A stretch of 64,000 nt of DNA from Nannocystis bainbridge (lineage in GTDB: Bacteria > Myxococcota_A > Polyangia > Nannocystales > Nannocystaceae). Shown piece by piece: positions 41,013-50,341 of this stretch. Location of the stretch: contig NZ_JAQNDL010000001.1 of the NCBI RefSeq assembly GCF_028368995.1, positions 1,184,001 through 1,248,000 on the forward strand, read 5' to 3'. Under the pieces are notes generated by a model. The model had not been told where the DNA came from and ran no database searches. It saw only the letters and a list, made by a program, of their open reading frames with translations. The translations under genes and the position numbers were made by a program. The number at the start of each line of letters is the position of its first letter. Position 1 is the first letter of the stretch.

Positions 41013-41854
41013 GCGACCTCCTTCGGCAGCGTGCCGACGAGGCCGGCGAGCACCGCGGGCACGCCGGGCCAGGCGGAGGCGTCGAGCTTGGGCGGGATCG
41101 TCGTCGCGTCCGTCAGATCGACGTTCAGCGCGATCGCGTCGGTGAGGAAGCGGGCCCGGACGTCGTGGTAATCCGAGCTGCCTCGTTCGTCCTTGAGCAG
41201 AGACGGGCTCGCCCAGCCGACCTTGATGTCGGCGAGATCGTCGACTCTGTAGTTCGCCAGGATTCGCTGCATGTACACAGCCGCCCCGAAGGCCGCGGCG
41301 CGCGGCTGAAAGACCAGTTCGGGCGGCGAGTTCAGCAGCGGCGCCCTTTTGCCGACCTCCGGGACGCCCGTCCACAGGAAGTACGGAGCGAGCAGTCCGA
41401 AAAGGCCGCCGCTCCCAAACTCCGCCGCCTGATCGGCATAGCGCAGCGGCGGGTTGCGGTCCTTGTTGTTCTTGTACGCCCGGCGCGAGCTGTCGCGCTC
41501 GTCTGCTTCGCCCGTCGCGTTGCCGTTGTGGGCGGCAGTGACGAAACGCGATTCGCGGTAAGAGATCACCGCGAACACGCGTGCCGACCCGGGGATCCGC
41601 GCGACCTCCTCCATCAGCATGAACAAGGGGCGAAGGTCCGTCGGCGTCTCGCCCCAATTGGTCGAGAGGTCGCCCTTCACATCGGTGGCCCTCGGGAGCG
41701 GCGCCAGGTCGACCACCGGCGAATCGGATGCCGGTGGCGGCGTCGAGGTCGGCGGAGCTGCGGCGCTGGCTCTGCGGCTCCACAGGAGCGAGCCGCCGAT
41801 CACACCGCCGACGCCGGCCAGCGTGCCGATCATAGTCCAGAGGTTGCGGCTCAT
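41009..41854 (-). CDS. Lytic transglycosylase-like protein with N-terminal membrane anchor
   Basis: N-terminal TM and Pro-rich linker; AVISYRESRF (catalytic Glu-Ser), GSGGLFGL, LVFQPRAAAFGAAVY. Confidence 0.7.
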   Translation of the reverse strand: MSRNLWTMIGTLAGVGGVIGGSLLWSRRASAAAPPTSTPPPASDSPVVDLAPLPRATDVKGDLSTNWGETPTDLRPLFMLMEEVARIPGSARVFAVISYRESRFVTAAHNGNATGEADERDSSRRAYKNNKDRNPPLRYADQAAEFGSGGLFGLLAPYFLWTGVPEVGKRAPLLNSPPELVFQPRAAAFGAAVYMQRILANYRVDDLADIKVGWASPSLLKDERGSSDYHDVRARFLTDAIALNVDLTDATTIPPKLDASAWPGVPAVLAGLVGTLPKEVA

Positions 41855-42564
41855 CGCGCGGCCTCCTGCGCCCGCAGGCGCTCGCTCAGCCGGTCGAGCT
41901 CCCGGGCTCGGCTCAGGCTCACCGCCGAGTACACGGCGCTCCCGGTGATGACGAGGGTCGTGCCGGCGACCAGGGCGACTCGGCCGGTCGTCCACGAGCT
42001 CGGGCTCGGCGGCTCGGGCTGTGTCGACACGCCACCGCCGTTGGTCGGGGTGACGTCGCCGCTGGCCTGGGTCGAGCTGGTTGCGTGGGCCGTCGGCTGC
42101 GCGCCAGGTATGACCCAGCCGACCGGGTGCCACCATTTCTTGATGGTGGCGATGTCCCATAATTCGAGCGCCCGGTAGAGCGGCTCCCACGCCGCTCCCT
42201 CGGAGGAGTTGCGATCGGGCAGCCGATTCGCGGGATCGGCATCGGGAGAGAGAGCCTGTCCCAGGAGCAGGGTGAGCGCCGCGGGCGGCGTGATGGTCCC
42301 GAAGGTCGGCAAGCCGACAACCACGCCACCGCCGCCGCGGGGCGTGGTCGTCCGGACCGCCGACCACGGCCAGTCCGCGGCTGGCGCCAGCTTGACACGC
42401 GCCATGAAACCGGCGCGCGCCGGCTCGCTGGCCTCGTCGTAGGCAGCGCGGAGCAGCTGCGCGACGTCCTCCTCACGCAGGAGCCGCTCGGGACCCTTCA
42501 GCGTGCGCTCGGCCGCCGACAGCTCCATGAGGCGGGCGACGCGGTGTCGATCGATACTGGCCAT
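41851..42564 (-). CDS. Hypothetical protein with near-C-terminal TM
   Basis: S/T/P linker then VALVAGTTLVITGSAVYSAVSL. Confidence 0.75.
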   Translation of the reverse strand: MASIDRHRVARLMELSAAERTLKGPERLLREEDVAQLLRAAYDEASEPARAGFMARVKLAPAADWPWSAVRTTTPRGGGGVVVGLPTFGTITPPAALTLLLGQALSPDADPANRLPDRNSSEGAAWEPLYRALELWDIATIKKWWHPVGWVIPGAQPTAHATSSTQASGDVTPTNGGGVSTQPEPPSPSSWTTGRVALVAGTTLVITGSAVYSAVSLSRARELDRLSERLRAQEAAR

Positions 42565-42614
42565 GGTGGTGCTCCTTGACGAATGAGGAGAGTCGCGGCG
42601 CGAACCGACTGGAA

Positions 42615-43340
42615 TCAGTCGGCGACCCAGGTCCACTGCTCGCCGTTGTTCATGATGATCCCGCTGCGCTGAATGGCTTGCGCGATCGCACCGCCGGCGA
42701 ACAGGTCGCCCGCCGCGGCGTGGAGCGTGGGCATGCCCGGCCCCTTGCGCGTGACGGTGAGGACCGCATCGAGCGGCACGATCGAGCGCGTCGGGAGGGT
42801 GATGGTGCCGACGTTGACGCTGTCGTAGATGACGTGGAGCGTTCCGAGCCACCCCGGCAGCGCCGCGCTCGCGGTGAACCGCGCGACACGGACGCCGGTG
42901 TCGCGTGCCCTGAAGACGGCCTCGGACCACTCGCGGAGGCGCGAGCCGAGCTCGTTGACGCCGCCGATGCTCTCGATCAGCAGCTCGAGCTTGACGAGCG
43001 CCTGTGGCGGCGTGAACACGCGGAGTTCGTCGCTCGGACGGACGAGGGTGAGCCGCGTGTTATCAGCGCTGGGGGTGTACTGCGCACGGATCTGCGTCGG
43101 CGCGCCGGTCCGCACCTCGAGGAACGTCTGCGGGTCGAGTGGCTGCGTGGTCAGGATGCACGCGTGCAGCATGTAGGGGTCGCCCGCCGGGACCTGTCCC
43201 CAGAGACCGGCGGGCAGCACGCCGGCCGGCGCCGTCAGCTCAGCCTCGTTCCAGCCCTCCACGAGCTTGAACACGGGCTTCTCCGTGACCGGGGTCTGGC
43301 CGTCGAAGCCGCCGCGGGTGATGAGCTTGATCTTGTTCAT
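42615..43340 (-). CDS. Beta-rich candidate virion spike/vertex protein
   Basis: C-terminal TITLP...LTVTRKG...GDLFAGG...NNGEQW resembles a small domain common in phage structural proteins. Confidence 0.55.
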   Translation of the reverse strand: MNKIKLITRGGFDGQTPVTEKPVFKLVEGWNEAELTAPAGVLPAGLWGQVPAGDPYMLHACILTTQPLDPQTFLEVRTGAPTQIRAQYTPSADNTRLTLVRPSDELRVFTPPQALVKLELLIESIGGVNELGSRLREWSEAVFRARDTGVRVARFTASAALPGWLGTLHVIYDSVNVGTITLPTRSIVPLDAVLTVTRKGPGMPTLHAAAGDLFAGGAIAQAIQRSGIIMNNGEQWTWVAD

Positions 43341-43348
43341 CGTTGGCC

Positions 43349-44032
43349 CTACTTCTCGCTCCCGCCCTTGCACCCGCGCTGGCACGAGCGGCCCGCCGCG
43401 CAGGAGGAGCAGCACTTGACCGCGTTGGCGTGCTCGACGTGGAGGCGGATGTTCTCGATCTGGTTCGCGTTGCCCAGGTGGCTGATGCGTACGCGCAGCC
43501 GGTTGTTGCCGCCGATGCAGCAGTGTTCGCCCATCGCCAGCGGGATCGGCAGCTTGCCCTCGCCGATCACGGTGTTGTCGTTGTTGTAGATCTCGCTGCC
43601 GTACTGAATCGCGTCGAGCGGCTCGGTGTCCACGAACCACTCGATCCGGATGTCGTCGTGGTTGTTCGCGTTGTTGGCCAAGCGGTAACGAAGCACGTAG
43701 CAGGCCGTGGGCCATGGCGGGTAGGCGGCCTGGGACAGAACGACCGACGAGCCTGGCGCCAGCGGGATCTGGCCCTCCACTACCTGATCGATGTTGGTGC
43801 GGCCGCCGCGGTAGAACCGAGCCACCGTGATCGGCGCGTACAGCAAGTTCTCGCAGCCGATCTTCGGCACGCCCATGCCGCACGCGGGCAGGTCGCCCTC
43901 GGTTGTCGGCAACGCGCCAACGCCGCCCATGCGCGCGAGATTCTGCGCGATCTCGACGCTGCCCATGCGCACGAGGTTCTCGGCGATCTCGCGGCCGAGC
44001 AGCTTCACAGTCTCTTGTTTCTCGATATCCAT
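43349..44032 (-). CDS. Beta-rich protein with Cys-rich tail; candidate capsid protein
   Basis: Helical N-terminal arm, alternating strands (YVLRYRL, IRIEWFV, LRVRISH, IRLHVEH), tail CCSSCAAGRSCQRGC; own AGGAG RBS. Confidence 0.5.
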   Translation of the reverse strand: MDIEKQETVKLLGREIAENLVRMGSVEIAQNLARMGGVGALPTTEGDLPACGMGVPKIGCENLLYAPITVARFYRGGRTNIDQVVEGQIPLAPGSSVVLSQAAYPPWPTACYVLRYRLANNANNHDDIRIEWFVDTEPLDAIQYGSEIYNNDNTVIGEGKLPIPLAMGEHCCIGGNNRLRVRISHLGNANQIENIRLHVEHANAVKCCSSCAAGRSCQRGCKGGSEK

Positions 44033-44117
44033 CGTATCTCCTGATTGTGCGTAGAGTGATCCTGTCCCTCATCCGCACGGGACGAGGGATGATTGTGGTG
44101 ATCTTGTAATTGTCAGA

Positions 44118-44531
44118 TTACGCGCGACACGAGTCGCCGGTCATGCGAACGCCGAGGAGCTCCGCGAGACCGTCCGTGGTGGAGCGAGCGTCGGCCGCCG
44201 GGGCGCCAGTGGCGATGCTGGACGCCGCGGGTTGCTGGCGGCCCGTCAGCTCGAGGAACTGCTCATCCGCGGTCCGTGGCGTGGACAGGCTGGGCATCTG
44301 GGACGCACTGCGGACCTGGGTCGTTGTGGGGGCCTGCGCTTCAGCGACAAGCACGGGGATGGCGTGAGCCGACCACGTGAACACGAGGACGTGGCCCTCA
44401 GCCAAGTCGCGCGCGGCGTCGGTCGGGACCTCGAGCTTGATTTCGAGGCCGTCCGCGTCGACTGCATGCACGAGCACTCGTGCGGAGTGTCCGCGCATGA
44501 GCTCCCGGATCCGTGCGACCTGGGTTCTCAC
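44118..44531 (-). CDS. Hypothetical protein
   Basis: GTGA overlap with the upstream gene. Confidence 0.65.
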   Translation of the reverse strand: MRTQVARIRELMRGHSARVLVHAVDADGLEIKLEVPTDAARDLAEGHVLVFTWSAHAIPVLVAEAQAPTTTQVRSASQMPSLSTPRTADEQFLELTGRQQPAASSIATGAPAADARSTTDGLAELLGVRMTGDSCRA

Positions 44532-44968
44532 GCGCCGCCCCCCTGACCCGGCACCAGGCGGGTGTACGCGAACGTGCTCGCCGCATAGGCGGCGCCGCCG
44601 ACCGCGATCGTGGCGCGGGCGACGAGGCTGACGTCGGCCGCGGCCGCGGCGATCACGGCGATCACGCCCGCTGCTGCGAGCGGCGGGACCGGCCCGACGC
44701 GGACGTCGAGGGTCTTCTGCGCGATCATGCCGGTCGCCACGCCAGCCGCCCCGCTCGCCGCGAGCATCAGGACCTCCTGCCATCGGCCCCGGCGGAGCTG
44801 GCCGACCATCGCCGACGCCTCGGTGTCGGTGCTCGCGCGCCGGATAGCCTGGGCGGTGTCGAGGTCGTGCGCGGCGTAGTAGTGATCGATGATCATCTTC
44901 ATCGCCTTGCCCATGCCGCGCTCCTCCATGCGGAGGCTCTCGCCGGGCGTCTGTGGTGATTCTGCCAT
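44528..44968 (-). CDS. Small multi-TM membrane protein
   Basis: About three Ala/Gly-rich hydrophobic segments. Confidence 0.7.
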   Translation of the reverse strand: MAESPQTPGESLRMEERGMGKAMKMIIDHYYAAHDLDTAQAIRRASTDTEASAMVGQLRRGRWQEVLMLAASGAAGVATGMIAQKTLDVRVGPVPPLAAAGVIAVIAAAAADVSLVARATIAVGGAAYAASTFAYTRLVPGQGGGA

Positions 44969-44986
44969 TGTCTTGATCCCCTCCCT

Positions 44987-45592
44987 CTACGATGGTTGGC
45001 CGCCGATGTTGCTAAAGCCGGCGATGAGGTCGCTGGTGGTGATGCCCTCGGCCTCGGGCTTCTTCCGGCCGAACTGAGCGGCCCGGAAGGCCGCGTGCTC
45101 GGCCGCGGCGGCGATGTGCAGGCCGCGGTCGAAGGTGTCAATCTCCTTGAGCGCCTCCCGGTGCTGACGGCGCTGGTCGGAGCACTCCTTGGAGTATTCG
45201 CGGAGGTCCTTCATCTGCTCGTCGAAGAGTCGTCGCGTGTTGGCGGCGGCGGCTTCGAAGGTCTGGAGCTGGAGCTGCGTGAGCGCGGCCAGGCTGCCGT
45301 GCATGAGCTCCGTGAAGGTCTTGAAGTCACCGAGTTGGAGCGCCATCGAGGCAGGCGCAGCCGCGGGCGCCTCTGCGGGCATCGTCGCGGTCTGCGGCGC
45401 CGTTGCGTCTGCTGGCGCAAATCGCCGTGCGAGCGCCGCGGTGTCGATGAGCTCGCCCTCCATGTAGATGCTCGCGTCCGAGACCCCGAAATGCCACCCG
45501 AGGATGAACGACGGAGCGGCATTGAGCTCCACGTCGACGTCGGTCACGAGCTCGTCGCTCACCAGCACCACGATCCTCGCCTTCGCCACCAT
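44987..45592 (-). CDS. Hypothetical coiled-coil protein, first gene of the long operon
   Basis: GGAGGT upstream of ATG 45592; AT-richer divergent intergenic region upstream. Confidence 0.7.
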   Translation of the reverse strand: MVAKARIVVLVSDELVTDVDVELNAAPSFILGWHFGVSDASIYMEGELIDTAALARRFAPADATAPQTATMPAEAPAAAPASMALQLGDFKTFTELMHGSLAALTQLQLQTFEAAAANTRRLFDEQMKDLREYSKECSDQRRQHREALKEIDTFDRGLHIAAAAEHAAFRAAQFGRKKPEAEGITTSDLIAGFSNIGGQPS

Positions 45593-45925
45593 CGCTGACC
45601 TCCGGATTGAAGCTGAAACACCTCGTCCGTGTGAGTCAACCAGTATTTTTTGACAATCGACTGCTCGCATTCGTGCATCGGCAATTCGAGGGTGCGCGGA
45701 ATGCCATCGGGAATGTGCCGAGCTCGATTGATTTCGCTCATTATAATCGATGCATCGTCCGATCATCGACGCGACACCCAGGGTCTACCGGCCAGCGAAC
45801 CGGTGGCATAGCCACGTTATCCTGGGCGTGACGGCGATCCTAGAGCCGTGAAGCGTCAGGCGCCGGAACGTCGGCTACGCGGGTCCTGCACGACGATCCA
45901 GGATTTTTGACGTGACTGACGAGTC

Positions 45926-47704
45926 GTGTACCGTGCTCGCGTCGACTGGTCGCAGGTGTCCGAGAAGGCCAAACAACTGCTCGATGCATGGTGGCGTGAA
46001 TACGAAGCCTGCAAGCGGGGCTGCGATTCACTGGTGCTCGGCGAGCACGTGCGTGACGGGCGAGTGCATATCCATGGCGACGTCCGATCGGACTGCGCGA
46101 TGGTCTATGTCCACCCGTCCGGCTGCGTGACGCCGGTCGTCCTCGGCGACCACCGCGCGTGCATGGCCGCCTGCTGGCACGTGAGCGCAGCGGAGATCGA
46201 GATGTGGGACCGGGCGAAGCACCCGCCGCCCGCCGTGTGCATCGGCGGCGTCGATCGCCTCTTCACGCCGCTGCGGGGCCGTGTCGTGGTCGGCGCCGTC
46301 GAGGATGGGACGGCCGTCGTGTTGCTCGGCTTCCTCGGCACGCGCTGGGCAGTCGCGTACTGCGAGCCCGGGCGGCTGGAGTGGATCACTGCTGGCGACC
46401 GGCTCGGGACCCTCGACCTGGACGTGTGGCGGGTGATGCACCCGCGCCCGACGCCGGCATCGCCGCGGAAGTCGTCCGCGCCGCCGCCTCGGCCCGATCC
46501 GCAGCTCGACAGGATCCGCGAGCTCCACCGCCGTGTGCGCGGAGACTTCGGCGACGACGATCCGGTGACGGAGATCGGCGAGGTCGTCGTGAAGTGCCTC
46601 GAGGCCCAGGTCGAGCGCGTGCCTTGCGACCCGCTGCGTGAGCGCCTGGACTTCCTCGTCGATCTCATCGTCGAGGCGGGCCGCCGGGGCCTCCGCGCCG
46701 ATCCGGTCGGCACCAAGAGGGAGCTCGCGGAGATGTTCTCCAGGGTGCTGAGCCGGGTCATCACGCCAGCGGAGCTGGGGGAGGCGCTGCTGGCCGCGCG
46801 GGAGCTGGGCTGCTGCTTCGTGTCACTTCATGGGCGCACGTGGACGCTTCGGCTGTGCGAGCTCGTCGATCTGCGATCCGAGTTGCATCGGCGCCTGCTC
46901 GAGCAATCCGTGTCGGGTTTCGTGCTCGGGCGTGCGTCACGCGGCGTGCGAACGCCGCCACCCACTGCACAAGCCACGAAGATGCAGCCGGCGCCGACAG
47001 ACGCCGGGCCGGCCGACAGTTCGGCTCCGACCTCGGCCACCGCTCTGCCTGCGGATTGGCTCGGTCTGATCACGAGCCTGTTGTTGGTCGCGAACCTGTT
47101 CGCGGCGACGCTCGAGCAAAGGACTAACGAATGCACCGAGTTTCGTGGGCAGGCGCAGCTCGGGCACTTGTCGCTGAAGCAGGTCCACGACTGCCGTGAG
47201 GTCGAGCGCGAGAGCTGGGCTGCGGAGCGCGAAGCGCTCGGGGGGCAGGTCGACGCGCTCCGTGCGGAACTCGCCGGGTTGCGGGCCGCGCGGGAGGCCC
47301 AGGCGGGCCGGGAACGGGAATTCTCTGGGCAGGTCGACGCGCTCCTTGCCGAGCTCGCCGCGGTCCGGGACGAGTTGGACGCTGCGGACCTCGAGATCGA
47401 TGCGCTGCGAAGACGCCAGGCCGAGGCCAGCGCGGCTCACGAGAGGCTCGCCGGATGTGTCGAGCGCGCGAGAGACTCCCGGCTTGCGGCGGCAGGGACG
47501 GCCGCTCGGTCGGACGACAGCGCGACCCGACCGGCCATGGCGATGAACCTCGGCGCCGGCCCTGCGATCGCACACACCTCGCCTCGCGAACCGGAGGTTG
47601 CGACGAACATCGAGTACAACATGCACGAGTTGGGCGCGCACGGGCCTCGCGGTCCTCCTGCATCGCCAGGGTGCTCACCGAGCCGTAGCGACTCTCCGCG
47701 CTGA
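45926..47704 (+). CDS. Hypothetical protein with C-terminal coiled coil, divergent from the element operon
   Basis: 592-aa ORF; duplicated GQVDALxAELA segment. Confidence 0.6.
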   Translation: MYRARVDWSQVSEKAKQLLDAWWREYEACKRGCDSLVLGEHVRDGRVHIHGDVRSDCAMVYVHPSGCVTPVVLGDHRACMAACWHVSAAEIEMWDRAKHPPPAVCIGGVDRLFTPLRGRVVVGAVEDGTAVVLLGFLGTRWAVAYCEPGRLEWITAGDRLGTLDLDVWRVMHPRPTPASPRKSSAPPPRPDPQLDRIRELHRRVRGDFGDDDPVTEIGEVVVKCLEAQVERVPCDPLRERLDFLVDLIVEAGRRGLRADPVGTKRELAEMFSRVLSRVITPAELGEALLAARELGCCFVSLHGRTWTLRLCELVDLRSELHRRLLEQSVSGFVLGRASRGVRTPPPTAQATKMQPAPTDAGPADSSAPTSATALPADWLGLITSLLLVANLFAATLEQRTNECTEFRGQAQLGHLSLKQVHDCREVERESWAAEREALGGQVDALRAELAGLRAAREAQAGREREFSGQVDALLAELAAVRDELDAADLEIDALRRRQAEASAAHERLAGCVERARDSRLAAAGTAARSDDSATRPAMAMNLGAGPAIAHTSPREPEVATNIEYNMHELGAHGPRGPPASPGCSPSRSDSPR

Positions 47705-48188
47705 CCTGGCCTCACCGGGGACGTGCTGTGTTGCATGCGGAATATCTGGTGAATGCGTGAACAAAGCCGCTCACACGCCGCAGGATGACTCTGGCGTCCA
47801 GTCTGGGACACCCTCGATATCATCGGGATTCCTCCAGACAATCTAAAAGACTCGAGCAGTCGCTCGCCAAGTTCGCACCGCCTCCGGGCTCGACGCCGGG
47901 GGCGGGGCCGACGACGAAACCGAAGCTCGGGGACCGGGCGGCGTCGGTGGGAATCCCTGCGCCGCCGGATCTGCTGGTCAGCGAGGCACGCGCGCGTGTG
48001 GGGGCGCCATCTCGAGCCCGTGCCGCCACCACGGGTGGAACCATGGGTCCGCTCGAATGGTCGAGCTTGCTGGCTTTCACGATGGAGGTGCATGCTCGAC
48101 GGCTGACCGTCACAACCAAGATCGTCACGCAGCCGCCACCCGCCACGACGGTTGTCAAACCGCGGCGGCGCGGCGAGGATGCAGGCTG

Positions 48189-48863
48189 ATGCACGTGCTC
48201 ATCGTGGATGACGACGAGGAGACGCTCGAGCTGGTGGCGAGTACGCTGCGGCGCGAGGGGCACCGCTCGACGCCGGCGACCGGGCCGGAAGAGGCCTTGC
48301 GGGCGGTCGCCGCGGGCGAGTTCGACGTCATCGTCCTCGACGTCATGCTCGGCCAGGCCTCGGGTCTCGAGCTGTGTGCGGAGCTGCGCCGACGCGAGGT
48401 CCAGGCGCCGATCCTGTTCCTCAGCGCGCGGGGCACCGTCGGCGCTCGCGTCGACGGACTCGACGCCGGGGGCGACGACTACTTGCCCAAACCCTTCGCG
48501 GTGCGCGAGCTGTTGGCCCGGATCCGGGCCCTCGGGCGACGCGGGCCCAGCCTGCGGCCGTCCGTGCTCCGCGCCGGCGAGGTGCTGCTCGACTTCACCG
48601 CCCGCAAGGCCTTCGTGGCCGGCCGCGAGGTGCCGGTCACGGCGCGCGAATGGGACGTCCTGCGCGTGCTGGCGGATGCCCGCGGTCGCGTCGTCAGCTT
48701 CGACGACATCCTCGAGCGCTCGTGGGGCGAGGTCTCCGAGAAGACGCGGGCCAGCCTGGAGGTCATCATGTCGCGGCTGCGGCGCAAGCTCGACGCCGGC
48801 AGCGAGCGCGGGCTGGTCCGGACGGTTCGCGGCTTCGGCTACGCGCTGGAGCTCGAGCCATGA
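48189..48863 (+). CDS. OmpR-family response regulator
   Basis: VLIVDDD, IVLDVML, DDYLPKPF, VRTVRGFGY. Confidence 0.95.
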   Translation: MHVLIVDDDEETLELVASTLRREGHRSTPATGPEEALRAVAAGEFDVIVLDVMLGQASGLELCAELRRREVQAPILFLSARGTVGARVDGLDAGGDDYLPKPFAVRELLARIRALGRRGPSLRPSVLRAGEVLLDFTARKAFVAGREVPVTAREWDVLRVLADARGRVVSFDDILERSWGEVSEKTRASLEVIMSRLRRKLDAGSERGLVRTVRGFGYALELEP

Positions 48864-50209
48864 GGCGGCGCGTGTCCGTCGTCCAGACGGTCCTGAAGGC
48901 CTACCTGGTCAGCGTGATCGCGTTCGCCGTGGCCACCGTCGCCGTCGGCAGTGCGGCAATGCTGGTGATCATGGTCCGCCGCGACGACGCGCACGCGACC
49001 GCGCTGGCGCGCACCCTCGGCACCGAGCTCCGCGATCACGAGGCCGATCCGCGGCCCGAGAAGGACGCGCTGATCGCCCCCGAATTGCAGGCCGAGCAGT
49101 GGTTCGGCCGCCGCATCGAGGCCTGGCGCGGCACCGAACGAATCGGCGGGCCGAGCGCGCGCGGCGTCCTGGCCGGCTGGGTGGGCGAGCAAGGCTGCCG
49201 CCAGGTCGAGCTGCAGGGGACGTGGTCGCGGGTCTGCGCAATCGAGACGGACGCGGCGATCACGATCGTGGTCGCCTCGCCGCTGGCCGCGATCCTCGCC
49301 GACGTGGTGCCGCTGATCGGGGCGATGATCGTGACGGCCCTCGCGGTGACCGTGGCCCTGTCGATCCTCGGCCGCGGCTGGCTCCGTCGCCGCCTGTCGC
49401 CGCTCGCGGAGTTCGAGCGCCAGATCGGCGGCTTGCAGGTGCTCGATCGCAACCAGCGGATCGAGAGCGACTGGGGCGTGGCCGAGGTCGACACCCTGGC
49501 CTCGACCCTCAACTCGCTATTCGAGCGGATCCAGCGGTCGGTCGAGCGCGAGCAGCGGTTCGTCGCCGACGCCGCGCACGAGCTGCGCACGCCGCTGACG
49601 CGCCTGTGCGGCCAGCTCGAGCTGGCGAGCGAGGAGCTGCCCGTGGGCTCCGAGCTCCACGACCGGGTCACCGCGGCCGCGCGCACCAGCCAGGAGCTCG
49701 GCCGGACGATGGAGATCCTGCTAGCGCTGGCCCGCAACCAGGCCATCACCGGCGAGGCCGTCGACCTCGACGAGGTGGTCACTGCCTGCGTCGCCTCGCT
49801 TCCGCCCGCCGAGGCCGCCCGCGTCCACGTCCGCCGGGGCGAGCCGGCGATCGTCCGCGGAGACGAGCTCCTGCTGCGCCTGGCGTTGGGTAACCTGCTG
49901 GACAACGCGCTCAAGTACTCGCCAGGCGCCGTCGAGATCGGCACGTACGCCGGCGAGGACGAAGCCGTCGTGCAGGTCGACGACCATGGGCCGGGCCTGT
50001 CCGAGGCCGACCTGACCCGGATCCGCACGCCCTTCGTCCGCGGTAGCAACCATGCGCGCCGCGTCCGCGGCGCCGGCTTGGGCCTAGCCCTCGTCGAACA
50101 CGTGGCCGCGCTGCACCGCGGCGCCCTGGGGCTGGCCAACACCGGCGACGGCCTCCGCGCCACCCTCCGGTTCTCATCGTGGCGCTCTTCCGCGTTAGGC
50201 GACGGTTAA
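48860..50209 (+). CDS. Sensor histidine kinase
   Basis: Two TMs, DAAHELRTPL, NLLDNALKYS, DHGPG, GAGLGLA. Confidence 0.95.
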   Translation: MRRRVSVVQTVLKAYLVSVIAFAVATVAVGSAAMLVIMVRRDDAHATALARTLGTELRDHEADPRPEKDALIAPELQAEQWFGRRIEAWRGTERIGGPSARGVLAGWVGEQGCRQVELQGTWSRVCAIETDAAITIVVASPLAAILADVVPLIGAMIVTALAVTVALSILGRGWLRRRLSPLAEFERQIGGLQVLDRNQRIESDWGVAEVDTLASTLNSLFERIQRSVEREQRFVADAAHELRTPLTRLCGQLELASEELPVGSELHDRVTAAARTSQELGRTMEILLALARNQAITGEAVDLDEVVTACVASLPPAEAARVHVRRGEPAIVRGDELLLRLALGNLLDNALKYSPGAVEIGTYAGEDEAVVQVDDHGPGLSEADLTRIRTPFVRGSNHARRVRGAGLGLALVEHVAALHRGALGLANTGDGLRATLRFSSWRSSALGDG

Positions 50210-50341
50210 GCCTATACGTGTAGCCTCCGTCGCGGTGACCCGGGCGACGACCTCCACGCGCGCATATCACGAGCGGCGTTCGCCTGGGCGCAGCGAGTTT
50301 CAGCAGCGACGCGTTCGCCGGGTCGCAGCGAGGTTCCGGCA

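Larger units (their letters stand above)
22098..47704. mobile_element. Integrated provirus-like element (right boundary uncertain)
   Basis: Integrase + Xis-like gene + att candidate; 24 co-oriented, tightly packed minus-strand genes with several ATGA/GTGA overlaps; one divergent gene. Confidence 0.75.

Noticed and set aside
45728-45747. TTGATT...TATAAT as a sigma70 promoter
   Set aside because: The spacer is only 8 bp; the -10 hexamer alone is insufficient.
22118-47704. Canonical tailed prophage or ICE label
   Set aside because: No recognisable terminase, portal, tail, VirB4, coupling protein or relaxase.
47780-47860. AT-richer patch as the right att site
   Set aside because: No recognisable match to the 22098-22127 core; the boundary is left open.
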